Shown one piece after another: positions 1-9,096 of a DNA stretch of 64,000 nucleotides. Location: IMG/VR virus record IMGVR_UViG_3300031853_000006, positions 1 to 64,000 of that record. One strand, 5' to 3'. The notes beneath the pieces were generated by a model. The model searched no databases. It was not told the DNA's origin and was given only the letters and a program-made list of their open reading frames with translations. The stretch's first letter is position 1. Every line of letters begins with the position of its first letter. The translations under genes were made by a program, and so were the position numbers. The stretch is from a virus (Duplodnaviria > Caudoviricetes).

Positions 1-342
1 GGTTACTTCGCGTATGCTATAAGTTCGGTATGTAGTTCCGTATCAAACTTTGGATGGTATTCATTCTCAGAAACAGGTACGTCACTTCGTTTAGGTGCAA
101 TATCTAAACTTGTAATTTCGGACATCAAAGATAAAATGAATGAACTATTCAGTCAGTGGCACAAGGTTACCTGGGAGATGGTAAGCGGTAACAGGGTGGA
201 ACCCTTATACGACAAGTTGCTTGAAGAAGCAGCTTCAAAAGGGTATCAAACTTACAAGAACATTTCACACGACTGCACAAAAGACCAATATGGTAACTTT
301 CATGACTCAATAGAATACGAAGTAATCAATCCAAACAAATGA
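1..342 (+). CDS. 5'-truncated hypothetical protein
   Basis: Frame 1 is open from base 1 and continuous with ORF 136..342. Confidence 0.6.
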   Translation, partial: GYFAYAISSVCSSVSNFGWYSFSETGTSLRLGAISKLVISDIKDKMNELFSQWHKVTWEMVSGNRVEPLYDKLLEEAASKGYQTYKNISHDCTKDQYGNFHDSIEYEVINPNK

Positions 343-374
343 ATCGTTAATATAAGTACAAAGGAGATATCTAA

Positions 375-671
375 ATGAATGATGTCAAGAAATCTAAAAT
401 AGAAAGAGCAATTGAGCCCTTTTTAAGTGACCGCGAATCTGTCGAAATTCTATTTAAGCTATTGTATTCTAAGCGATTGATTCCCGTTGTAATAGCACAA
501 CTCGAATCTGCTTACAATCGACCTGTAGATATCAAGCGCCAGGAGGATCGAGAGCTAGTAGAGGAGATTGTAGAGTACTACTTCGAGCATGATCTAGAAG
601 ACATTACGCATCCTGTTAAGTCGCTGATAAGTAAGGCGATAAGCAAAATAGGACTAGGCAACGACACTTGA
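375..671 (+). CDS. hypothetical protein
   Basis: ORF with AAGGAG RBS; ATCGTTA motif upstream at 343. Confidence 0.7.
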   Translation: MNDVKKSKIERAIEPFLSDRESVEILFKLLYSKRLIPVVIAQLESAYNRPVDIKRQEDRELVEEIVEYYFEHDLEDITHPVKSLISKAISKIGLGNDT

Positions 672-726
672 TACAATGAGCAATTTCTAGTTTAACAATA
701 CACACTACTCCTTAGGAGGGCATAAT

Positions 727-1011
727 ATGAATACTAAACTCGACGGCAACAAGGCTAAAAAGACAGGCTACAGAAAGGACAGGTTCAAAAACATAGCTCA
801 TGAAACTCCGTTCGAGCGGCTGACTAAACGAAGGGAAGCGCTCAAGGCTGCAAAGTATAGCTACGCGATGGACATTTATACGCTTCCAGACGGATCAATG
901 ATGACATCTTCTGCATATTACGAAACAGTATCAGAAGTAGAACTTGAATATAAGCGTGAAATTCAAAAGCAAAAATACGCAGCTGATCCTGATTCATTCG
1001 GCATTGTGTAA
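727..1011 (+). CDS. hypothetical protein
   Basis: ORF with AGGAGG RBS. Confidence 0.7.
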   Translation: MNTKLDGNKAKKTGYRKDRFKNIAHETPFERLTKRREALKAAKYSYAMDIYTLPDGSMMTSSAYYETVSEVELEYKREIQKQKYAADPDSFGIV

Positions 1012-1031
1012 AATCGTCATAGTATATGTTA

Positions 1032-1113
1032 GCAGGTATGGTGGAATTGGCAGACACGCAAGATTTAGGTTCTTGTGCTGCAAAGCGTGAGGGTTCAACT
1101 CCCTCTACCTGCA
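1032..1113 (+). tRNA. tRNA-Leu(TAG)
   Basis: GCAGGTA/TACCTGC acceptor stem, anticodon stem CAAGA/TCTTG with loop TTTAGGT, long variable arm, GGTTCAACT T-loop; CCA not encoded. Confidence 0.93.
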
Positions 1114-1155
1114 TTAGCAATTAAAAAGAAAGAAAACTTGAATGGAGGAAACTAA

Positions 1156-2157
1156 ATGTATACAGGAGAAAGACATTATGTAATGTCAGGTTCGTTGACA
1201 ACCGCAATGGTAGAAAAGCTAATAACCATACCTACATTTGAACCCATTGATGTACTTGTATCTCAGTTAGATCGAGCAGGTGTAAACAAGATGCTTGAGT
1301 ATATGGAAATGGGAGCTGTAAAGTCGCTATTCATCGATTCAGGAGCGTATTCGATCCATGCACAGGGATTTGAAAAAGTAGCCAAAGGCCGCTTCGCAAC
1401 TATCGATGAATTCATAGATGAGTACATTGAATATGTAAATGAATTAGATGATAAAATCATAGCCGTCGCTCAAGTCGATCATATTCCAGGTGTATTCAGG
1501 CAGCCGAAAACACCTCAAGACTATATCGAGTCAACAGAACTGTCGTGGGAAAACTTTATGTATATGTACCCCAAGATGAAGAGCCCCGAAAAACTGATAG
1601 CAGTAATGCATCAAGGAGAATCATTCGATTACTTGAGAAAGTTAGCAAACTGGCGAGGAGATCACGGAGAGAAAATAGAGTATCTAGGAATCAGTCCTAG
1701 TAATGACCGCGGAGTCAACGAGAAGGACATTTATCTTAAAGAAGTTTACGATTGCCTTCAGGGTACTACTCAGCCGGATATCAGGACGCACTTGTTTGGC
1801 TATACTTCATTGCCAGGATTGGAGAAGTTCCCATGGTATTCAGTAGACTCTACTTCTCATCGTTTGCGTCCTGCATATAATAAAGTATTTGTACGAGAGT
1901 TCGGAACCATTTCGTTATCTCGAAAGCGTGAGACTACAACCAAGACGGACCAAATGTTTTTGGAGGTTGCTGACAAAGAAAATATAAAGTTGCTAGAAGA
2001 TCGAGCCAAGAGTTACAACTTGACGCTAGACGAGCTGGAGAATGAAAGTTGGGCACGTACAGTATTTGATATCATGGAAGTGTCAGCTTTCGTCAAAGAG
2101 CATCCTTACAATCCGAAGAAGCTAGGCAGGAGGAAGAGGTTATTCAACATTGATTAA
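1156..2157 (+). CDS. tRNA-guanine transglycosylase (TGT)-fold protein, possible DpdA-like DNA base-modification enzyme
   Basis: Motifs FIDSGAYS, QVDHIPG, VMHQGE, HLFG and PWYSVDSTS typical of phage queuine tRNA-ribosyltransferase-like proteins. Confidence 0.6.
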   Translation: MYTGERHYVMSGSLTTAMVEKLITIPTFEPIDVLVSQLDRAGVNKMLEYMEMGAVKSLFIDSGAYSIHAQGFEKVAKGRFATIDEFIDEYIEYVNELDDKIIAVAQVDHIPGVFRQPKTPQDYIESTELSWENFMYMYPKMKSPEKLIAVMHQGESFDYLRKLANWRGDHGEKIEYLGISPSNDRGVNEKDIYLKEVYDCLQGTTQPDIRTHLFGYTSLPGLEKFPWYSVDSTSHRLRPAYNKVFVREFGTISLSRKRETTTKTDQMFLEVADKENIKLLEDRAKSYNLTLDELENESWARTVFDIMEVSAFVKEHPYNPKKLGRRKRLFNID

Positions 2158-2200
2158 GTCATCTGGCCAGTATGCATATCGTATTGAATACAACGAACAC

Positions 2201-2228
2201 AAGGTCTGTCATTACTTGACGGACCTTT
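2201..2228 (+). terminator. hairpin, putative terminator
   Basis: AAGGTCTGTC-attactt-GACGGACCTT stem downstream of the TGT-like gene. Confidence 0.5.
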
Positions 2229-2278
2229 AATATTTACAAGTGTTTTCAAATAGAAGGCAACTCATAAGGAGGTTGAAG

Positions 2279-2545
2279 ATGAGTATTGTAGATAAAGATC
2301 ACATGACAGAGCTTAGGTCTGCTGCTGATGCTCGAAACACCGCACAGACTGCTGAAGATGATCAGCAGCTCATAGCAGTAGCTTATGCGATTAACATGGC
2401 ATCAAATACCGGAGCATATGATACATTCTTCCAAGAGCCGCTAAGAGCAAATACAATCTCAAAGCTAGAATCTAAAGGATATACAATCAAGACTGAGGAT
2501 AAGCAGAACCAGCTGCATCGGACAGTCATCTCTTGGGCAGAGTAA
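2279..2545 (+). CDS. hypothetical protein
   Basis: ATG at 2279 after AAGGAGG. Confidence 0.7.
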   Translation: MSIVDKDHMTELRSAADARNTAQTAEDDQQLIAVAYAINMASNTGAYDTFFQEPLRANTISKLESKGYTIKTEDKQNQLHRTVISWAE

Positions 2546-2584
2546 CAATACGCAATACAGATACAATAGAAAGGTACAACTCAG

Positions 2585-3046
2585 ATGTTTGCAGATAAAG
2601 TGATGATGCTAGAAGCTTGCAAGTACAACGATCTAGCGAAATACACTAAAGTATTTAATACCACTCAAATTGAATACCATCTGTGGATCTATATGAATCC
2701 AGAAGACGTCAGAGACGCTGTTTTCCTAGAGGCTCGCGAAGTTCAGGACGACAATTCAAAAATATCTGATGGTGTATTCGAAAGGCAGTCTCAATGTTGG
2801 ATCCGAGTTGTAACTGACCACATAAACACATCCCCAGGAAAGCATACATATAAACTAATGATGGTAGACCGGTATACTGATACCGATTTCAGTTTGTATA
2901 TTTCATATTACATTCAAGATGATAATCCTGAGAAGCCTTATGTGTATATGAAGGACAAGGAGGACCCGGAGTATGAACCAGACGAGCCCGACGTCCCAGA
3001 AGATAGCAACACTGAGGAAGATGGCAACATCGACAATCAATCCTGA
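2585..3046 (+). CDS. hypothetical protein with acidic tail
   Basis: ORF with RBS. Confidence 0.7.
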   Translation: MFADKVMMLEACKYNDLAKYTKVFNTTQIEYHLWIYMNPEDVRDAVFLEAREVQDDNSKISDGVFERQSQCWIRVVTDHINTSPGKHTYKLMMVDRYTDTDFSLYISYYIQDDNPEKPYVYMKDKEDPEYEPDEPDVPEDSNTEEDGNIDNQS

Positions 3047-3326
3047 ATTACCTTCACGCGAAGAAGTCGAGAATGCCGAATGGGACCAGATAACTAGTAA
3101 CCAATATCAGATTACATTGAAGGATCTGAGAGTTGTAGTAAGAACCGATGTAGGATGGATGCCAGAAGATGAAGCATCCTATTGGTATACTATTGAGATA
3201 TGCGGGATTGGATTAGTAGAGTCGGAGTCACTTCCAGCTTATAAGAATGGCAAGCCCCGCTGTTGGAAAGCTGTAAAGAAAGAAATCGTTAAAATACTTG
3301 AAACTTATTCTACAAGTAAGGAGTGA
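3021..3326 (+). CDS. hypothetical protein
   Basis: ATG at 3021 after GAGGA. Confidence 0.55.
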   Translation: MATSTINPELPSREEVENAEWDQITSNQYQITLKDLRVVVRTDVGWMPEDEASYWYTIEICGIGLVESESLPAYKNGKPRCWKAVKKEIVKILETYSTSKE

Positions 3327-3330
3327 AACA

Positions 3331-4122
3331 ATGGAAAGCATTTTTTCTAGCAAGCTGTATATGGCAAGCCCTAGAAAAGAGCAAATCAAAGCTGCTCTTG
3401 CATTTACGGGTAACGCCGAGCTCGTGCAGCAACTAGCTTCAAGCCTTGATGAAGAGTATCAGACTCCTCAGAATGTAGGCGAAGCGGAAGCGATCGAAGT
3501 AGAAGACGTCGAAACGGGAGAAGAAGATCTTTTTGTAGACGATGACATCAATCCTGAAACAGATCTAATGACTGTAGACGATCTAACTAACAAGTCTTCT
3601 GGATCAAACAAGTCCGCTAGTAAGCCTTCTAGTAAATCTAGCACACCTATCGGTCCTAAGGGGCCTAAGCCTAAGCGAACTGAATATACAGATGTTCCAG
3701 ACAGTGCGCCATCTGATGATGTCAGTCCAGATGCACCTGAACCAAAGAGCGATAATTCGGAAAAGGACGAAACAGAAGCGTCAACTAAAATAACTTCTTG
3801 TGAGCAGATCAGCTTGACCGTGCTTAAAGAATCACTCAACAGCAGAGAGGATACTAAGGGAGTATCTCGAATAGCAGAAAAAGAAAACGAAGTTTGGATC
3901 TACTACAAAGACGAAGTCAACCTCAATAACCTCATGACGGAAGTCATTGAATACATGATGTCAGCCGGATATGATACACTCGAGTTTAACAGGCTTGCAA
4001 GGTCAGATAACGCAATCGTTTTCCAAAAGACTGAAGGCACTCCTGAAGAACTTGAAAGCATAGAGCCGCAATACACTGATGAGTCAGTCGAGGAAGTAGG
4101 ATTGGAGGGCAAAGCCGAGTGA
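3331..4122 (+). CDS. hypothetical acidic protein with low-complexity linker
   Basis: ATG at 3331 after AAGGAG; TEAS/ITSC sites. Confidence 0.7.
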   Translation: MESIFSSKLYMASPRKEQIKAALAFTGNAELVQQLASSLDEEYQTPQNVGEAEAIEVEDVETGEEDLFVDDDINPETDLMTVDDLTNKSSGSNKSASKPSSKSSTPIGPKGPKPKRTEYTDVPDSAPSDDVSPDAPEPKSDNSEKDETEASTKITSCEQISLTVLKESLNSREDTKGVSRIAEKENEVWIYYKDEVNLNNLMTEVIEYMMSAGYDTLEFNRLARSDNAIVFQKTEGTPEELESIEPQYTDESVEEVGLEGKAE

Positions 4123-4850
4123 AAAGATTAGTGTACTCCACATTAGATGTAGAGGTAGATCCAGGATATATGCTCGATGCAGGAGACAATTCAGTCTTCT
4201 TAAAGAGCCGAAAGCCTAGTTTAACTACTGATATGATTAAAGAAATGATAGGAGCGATGTGCGATAGGCGGGGGTTAGATGCGGCTGACAAGCGTAAGTC
4301 ACAGAGCAACGGAATAAATATCGTTAGAACTAGAGATCAAATTGTAAAGGCGATGCTTAATCACGTTTGCACAGATAGTACCGAATATTATCAGATCGAG
4401 GGTGACGACTTCTGCTATAGAATGTCCTTCGAAGATTTCATGAAGAAATTCACAGTATGTGAACCTAAGTTCGGCTGTAATTATTACAGTCGCTGTATCC
4501 AGTGTGCAGAGGAGCTTGATGAAGAAGCATGGCCCGGATTTACATTCAATTTCGGACGCAAAGAAATCTTTCTCAAGAGCGATAATCAGAATCTTACTAC
4601 TCGAATAATACGAGATTTCATCAATATTGTATGCGACATCAAAGGCGTAGGGGACGCGATCCGAAAGAAAGCGCTTTACGACGAAGCAACACTCAAAGAT
4701 TTCCGTCGTCGTATTATGAAAGGGACGCTCGAGCATCATGTAACTGCTAACGGCACAGAATATTACTCAATTTCAGGGAAGGACTATTCTTGGAGCTACC
4801 CTGCAGATGAGTTCGAAGACAGTGTAATTGTCATGACAGCTCGAGAATAA
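4119..4850 (+). CDS. hypothetical protein (MKRLVYS N-terminus)
   Basis: GTG start overlapping the previous stop, GGAGG RBS. Confidence 0.7.
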   Translation: MKRLVYSTLDVEVDPGYMLDAGDNSVFLKSRKPSLTTDMIKEMIGAMCDRRGLDAADKRKSQSNGINIVRTRDQIVKAMLNHVCTDSTEYYQIEGDDFCYRMSFEDFMKKFTVCEPKFGCNYYSRCIQCAEELDEEAWPGFTFNFGRKEIFLKSDNQNLTTRIIRDFINIVCDIKGVGDAIRKKALYDEATLKDFRRRIMKGTLEHHVTANGTEYYSISGKDYSWSYPADEFEDSVIVMTARE

Positions 4851-4865
4851 TTTTTATAAAAAGTC

Positions 4866-4894
4866 TTGACAAATTCATAGAATTGTCATATAAT
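4866..4894 (+). promoter_or_regulatory. sigma70/sigmaA-type promoter
   Basis: TTGACA-17 nt-TATAAT. Confidence 0.85.
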
Positions 4895-4943
4895 ATAAGT
4901 ACACAACTAATTTGTAGCTTAACAGCTAAGGAGGAATTAAATT

Positions 4944-5141
4944 ATGAAACGAGTAGTTAAAGCAAGTTCAACCGCAGAAGCTGTATACAATGCTGTGGAG
5001 TTTCTTGGAAGTAGAGGAGCAGACGAGCACGACGTGCTCATGCACTTTTTCGATTACCTTCCAGCTGCAGAAAGCCTAGAGGTTCTGGAAGACTACATCA
5101 AGATGTGCGATCTCGATGATGAATGGGCAGCGTACAAGTAA
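4944..5141 (+). CDS. tagged small protein (MKRVVKAS)
   Basis: AAGGAGG RBS; shared N-terminal motif. Confidence 0.75.
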   Translation: MKRVVKASSTAEAVYNAVEFLGSRGADEHDVLMHFFDYLPAAESLEVLEDYIKMCDLDDEWAAYK

Positions 5142-5196
5142 GAAGAGTGGGACACGTATCGCAGATACGCATTCTAATAACAGGAGGAACAGTTCG

Positions 5197-5538
5197 ATGA
5201 AAAGATGGATACACGCATCAGATGAAGTAATGAAACAATCAATCGCAGATGACGAATATTATTCTACTACTCCACGAAACGAAGTAGAATTCGACCACGA
5301 CGTTGTCTGGAGCGTACAATTTTACCCAGCAGGTGCTTTTCTCCTCTATGATAAAGAAGTATTCGTGCTCGGTAAGACTTACAAAGAAGCAAGAGATCAG
5401 GGAGTTGTACTTGCAGAAGCATGGGGCTATCCGACAGACCCGTCACATTGCGTAGTGCAGTATGCTTATGTTTCGATCAATAGATGGTCCAGATTCAACA
5501 AAGACGAATGCGACGGCGTTGAATTCGGCATAGACTGA
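5197..5538 (+). CDS. MKRWIHA-tagged protein
   Basis: ATG at 5197 after AGGAGG. Confidence 0.8.
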   Translation: MKRWIHASDEVMKQSIADDEYYSTTPRNEVEFDHDVVWSVQFYPAGAFLLYDKEVFVLGKTYKEARDQGVVLAEAWGYPTDPSHCVVQYAYVSINRWSRFNKDECDGVEFGID

Positions 5539-5553
5539 GGGAGGAAGTCAATC

Positions 5554-5724
5554 ATGAAAAGATGGATACACGATCCTAACGAACCTCAAGATGAATTTGA
5601 CAGACAGTGGAAAGAGAAGTTTGGAGACGATGATGAAACTATGAAGTTTAATTCATTGGAAGAGCTCCATGATTGGCTTGAGGAAGTTAAGAGATTTGAA
5701 CCTGTTTACGACAAGTCAGTTTAA
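5554..5724 (+). CDS. MKRWIH-tagged 56-aa protein (below the ORF-track cutoff)
   Basis: GGAGG RBS; translated by hand MKRWIHDPNEPQ...YDKSV*. Confidence 0.7.
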   Translation: MKRWIHDPNEPQDEFDRQWKEKFGDDDETMKFNSLEELHDWLEEVKRFEPVYDKSV

Positions 5725-5740
5725 GGAGGAGTATTTAATC

Positions 5741-6067
5741 ATGAAAAGATGGGTACATGCAACTACTGAGTGTGTTTTCGGAATGGCTGTTGTAGATAAA
5801 GATGAATTCGACCTTCCATATGATATATGGCTTGACCCGGCAGGTGCTTCCAGGAATGTTAAACATTCACTGCCTCGAGTAAAGGTAGTTGTGGATGGTC
5901 AGCGAATTCCGTTTTCCATCACAGATGATCCTAAACCGCTTATTAAAAAGCAAATAAAAGGTGAACGGCGCATAAAGGAGTGGATCCTTAAAAATAAAGA
6001 AAATCTATTGAAACAATGGAACCGTGAGTTGACAGATAGTCAGGTTCTTAAAGTTCTAGTAAAGTGA
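5741..6067 (+). CDS. MKRWVHA-tagged protein, DUF4160-like
   Basis: H-x-x-PRVKV...EWI-x-x-N-x-E-x-LL-x-x-W pattern resembling DUF4160. Confidence 0.55.
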   Translation: MKRWVHATTECVFGMAVVDKDEFDLPYDIWLDPAGASRNVKHSLPRVKVVVDGQRIPFSITDDPKPLIKKQIKGERRIKEWILKNKENLLKQWNRELTDSQVLKVLVK

Positions 6068-6089
6068 TAAGTGAGGAGGGGATTAGCTC

Positions 6090-6326
6090 ATGCTAATAGA
6101 TAATGTGCTAGATGTGTTGAATAACTTATGTAACATACTCATCAATGATGGACAGGTTCCCGAAGAAGTAATTGAGATACTCTTGGATTCGGGAGCTAAT
6201 GTAGATATGTTACAGAAGATTGGATTCACTGATGACCAGATTTCTGATTACGCTTATTATGAAGCTAACATGTCCGGAAGGTCAGAAAGTGATATTCTTG
6301 CAGAATTATATAATACGCAAAAGTAG
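6090..6326 (+). CDS. acidic hypothetical protein
   Basis: GAGGAGG RBS. Confidence 0.7.
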   Translation: MLIDNVLDVLNNLCNILINDGQVPEEVIEILLDSGANVDMLQKIGFTDDQISDYAYYEANMSGRSESDILAELYNTQK

Positions 6327-6338
6327 GAGGAACATCAA

Positions 6339-6821
6339 ATGAAAAGATGGATACACGCAAGTAGCAGCACTGCTAACATTCCTAATACAAAAGACGGATG
6401 GATCGATTATTTCCAAAATAACTATTTCAGAGAATATCCAGATTATGATGGACTTGACGATTTAGCAGATTACCTCGACGGAAAAGAAGCAGATACCGAT
6501 TGGTCTTATGCACTTGAAGATTATGGTGCTGATCCAGAAGTCGTAGCTGCACTCGAAAAGTTTGTAGCAAAGAATCAGTCAGCTGCATTTCCAGACAAAA
6601 TACGCATCGCTATGCATCCGGATAGCGCTCTGTTCCCTACTAAAGAGTATGTGTACGACAAAATGTATGTACATGAGGGTGGAGGCTGCTACTATCGCAG
6701 TAAAGACAACCCCGACCCAGTGACTAATGCGTTTGTAAGCTTGTACCCGGATGGTCATCTGACTTATTTGTGGAATGGTACTGAGATGGATTTGGATGCA
6801 AAAGTAACTAACAAATACTAG
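6339..6821 (+). CDS. MKRWIHA-tagged protein
   Basis: AGGAGG RBS; shared motif. Confidence 0.8.
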   Translation: MKRWIHASSSTANIPNTKDGWIDYFQNNYFREYPDYDGLDDLADYLDGKEADTDWSYALEDYGADPEVVAALEKFVAKNQSAAFPDKIRIAMHPDSALFPTKEYVYDKMYVHEGGGCYYRSKDNPDPVTNAFVSLYPDGHLTYLWNGTEMDLDAKVTNKY

Positions 6822-6914
6822 AAAGCTTCAGCAATAGATGCATCCTCCGATCCAGATGAAAAGATCAACAAGGCTCTGTTTAACTGCAGGGCCTCAAAAC
6901 TTTTTAAGAAACAG

Positions 6915-6943
6915 TTGACAAATTCATTGAAATGTCATATAAT
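6915..6943 (+). promoter_or_regulatory. sigma70/sigmaA-type promoter
   Basis: TTGACA-17 nt-TATAAT. Confidence 0.85.
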
Positions 6944-6969
6944 ATACATATAAGGAAGGAGGTAATGGG

Positions 6970-7677
6970 ATGAAACGATTATTAAGAAATCAACCTAGTA
7001 TCGAATTACATCTGTCCGACATCGTCAAAAGCATAGATCACATTGTCATCTGCGAGAATCTGATACAGAGGCCCTATATCATTTCCGCGGATACAGACGT
7101 AGACGAGGACGAACTTACAGATGAACAATTCTACATAACACTAACAGATTCAGAGATTGCCGGTTTGCCCATTGACAAGATACGCTCCTTCACTAACATA
7201 GAACTTTTAGGCAGGATCGCTAAGATCGACTACTCACTCCTCACCGTTGAGCAGAAAGAAGCGATCAAAAAAGCATTCGGCAGAAAAGTAATACTCAGCG
7301 AAAGCGATGTTCAAGAGATACTTAACATGATTAAAGGATGTACTTCTGTTTCGTATGAAGGTCAGCATTGGAAAACAAATAAGTTTCTGAAAGGTGCCGA
7401 CGGAAAGATCCGCAAACAAGATTGCCTTGACATCTTACATCAACTCACTGTTGAAGATTATGTTGCTAACTCTAAGAGTTTCAACTTAGATCATATCGGT
7501 AATCACATAATTATTTTTGAACCGGATAGCGATTGGGAGTTAGCAGACGGCACAATATTAAGCGACATCAAGATCTATGTGAAATTAGACCTAGATGAAA
7601 CTGACGGATCTGCAGCAGCGTTGATCTCAATGCACCAAGCAGCCTATGACGATGATAGATACCCTTATAGGAAGTAA
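6970..7677 (+). CDS. protein with C-terminal MqsR-like (RelE-fold) ribonuclease domain
   Basis: L-x-x-EDY...IF...IYVKL...ISMH pattern characteristic of MqsR-like toxins. Confidence 0.55.
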   Translation: MKRLLRNQPSIELHLSDIVKSIDHIVICENLIQRPYIISADTDVDEDELTDEQFYITLTDSEIAGLPIDKIRSFTNIELLGRIAKIDYSLLTVEQKEAIKKAFGRKVILSESDVQEILNMIKGCTSVSYEGQHWKTNKFLKGADGKIRKQDCLDILHQLTVEDYVANSKSFNLDHIGNHIIIFEPDSDWELADGTILSDIKIYVKLDLDETDGSAAALISMHQAAYDDDRYPYRK

Positions 7678-7733
7678 TTTCAATCTTTTATAAGAATGTG
7701 AACATTTGAATTCAATTCAAGGAGGAACATAGA

Positions 7734-8321
7734 ATGAAAAGATGGATACATGCAGCAACAGATAATCAGCCTGCTGGAGGAGCCCATTGGGAGCGCGGTA
7801 GCGGTGACCTTGCAGCATTTGAATGGTACATTGATAATGAAACAGAAAAGTTGTTAGGTATCATCGAAGAAGCATGGAGAGATGAACTAGGAGGCTACTG
7901 TGCATACGCTTGCTTAGGAGAAAGACGCAGCGACGATAAGTTCCTCGGCAAGTTCGATACACGTAAAGAAGCAGAAAGGTCAATTGTTAACTTCTACGAT
8001 GGCGGAAGCGTCATGAGGGGCAACAAAGGCGATCAGTACGAACTGGTTATGGAAAGTACAGATGCAGATTACTGTGAAGATGCAGTTGATGCATCAACAT
8101 TATCTGCACCAAAAGACAATCTGAAAAAGATAGCTGCTCCCGCAAGTAAGTGGGAGAAGAGTTACGAATCAGAAAGAGGTATCACCTTCTGGTCAAAAGA
8201 TTTTGACAACTGCTCCGCTGATATTTCAGATTATGATGATGACGGATCTGCCGGATACGAAGTAAGGATTGATATCAACGGCGGAGAATGGAACAAGGAA
8301 AACGGCGGAGAAGTACTTTGA
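7734..8321 (+). CDS. MKRWIHA-tagged two-module protein
   Basis: Internal VDAS junction; second module resembles the N-module of 8404..8859. Confidence 0.75.
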   Translation: MKRWIHAATDNQPAGGAHWERGSGDLAAFEWYIDNETEKLLGIIEEAWRDELGGYCAYACLGERRSDDKFLGKFDTRKEAERSIVNFYDGGSVMRGNKGDQYELVMESTDADYCEDAVDASTLSAPKDNLKKIAAPASKWEKSYESERGITFWSKDFDNCSADISDYDDDGSAGYEVRIDINGGEWNKENGGEVL

Positions 8322-8396
8322 GAATTATCGCAACTTCTTGAATAGAATATTCAAAGTTCTCAAAGACAATGGTTTTGAGATTGTAGATTGAGGAGG
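8320..8396 (+). repeat. 77-bp direct repeat of 13806..13882
   Basis: 75/77 identical by eye; a copy of the 3' end and downstream RBS of gene 13572..13877. Confidence 0.9.
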
Positions 8397-8403
8397 TTAT
8401 ATT

Positions 8404-8859
8404 ATGAAAAGATGGATACATGCAGCAACAGGAACAAATGACGGATGGAAGCATTCATATGATTCCGAACGTAGTTGCAGTTTTGATTCTAAAGAATTCG
8501 ATGACGGAGTAGCGAACATTCGTAGTTTTGACAACGACGGAGATTGGGGCTACTCCTTAACACTTGAGTTCGACAATGGCAAAACTATCAGCAAGTCAGA
8601 ATACGGAGAAGGTAGCTTGCAGCGATTGAAGGATTACGCAGAGGATCAGTTTTCGTCTGCAGCAGTACAGAGCCGCACAGAGGTATGTGCAAGCTCTAAA
8701 TCATTCGATGATTGGTATGATTCGTTGAAGTCAGCAGATCAAGCGAAGGTAGATGATTTAGCCGATGATATGGGACTTCCGCTTTACGAAGAGTGTTCGG
8801 AAGCAGAATTAGCCCAGTTACATGATTCTTTCACATCCAACAAAGGAGGACTAAGTTAA
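8404..8859 (+). CDS. MKRWIHA-tagged two-module protein
   Basis: Shared motif; internal VCASS. Confidence 0.8.
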   Translation: MKRWIHAATGTNDGWKHSYDSERSCSFDSKEFDDGVANIRSFDNDGDWGYSLTLEFDNGKTISKSEYGEGSLQRLKDYAEDQFSSAAVQSRTEVCASSKSFDDWYDSLKSADQAKVDDLADDMGLPLYEECSEAELAQLHDSFTSNKGGLS

Positions 8860-9080
8860 TGAAAAAAGTTATTAAAGCATCAGCAGCAAAGGACGACGCG
8901 TACAGGGCAGCCGATACAATCTTGAGCACTATGAAGAAGCTGTTCGACACAATGGATAGTGTGAGCATGGATTATCCTAGCTTCGTAGAAGATAACGGGC
9001 TAGGAGAGCTGTACGATTGCCTTGCAGAGGATATTCCCGCATTTCAGCTAGCTGTTAATAGCAAGACTCTTGAGTATTGA
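8859..9080 (+). CDS. tagged small protein (MKKVIKAS)
   Basis: AGGAGG RBS; motif variant. Confidence 0.75.
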   Translation: MKKVIKASAAKDDAYRAADTILSTMKKLFDTMDSVSMDYPSFVEDNGLGELYDCLAEDIPAFQLAVNSKTLEY

Positions 9081-9096
9081 TCGGAGGTCATTAAAC

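Noticed and set aside
842-1120. Minus-strand ORF over the tRNA, and the many other antisense or alternate-frame ORFs in the track
   Set aside because: Shadow ORFs overlapping well-supported + strand genes, without RBS or motifs.
6324-6870. Possible TAG stop-codon reassignment: 6090..6326 is in frame with 6339, and KASAIDASS follows the TAG at 6821
   Set aside because: Long conserved genes have no internal TAG, several end naturally at TAG, and no suppressor tRNA is seen. The text after 6821 is more likely a truncation remnant.
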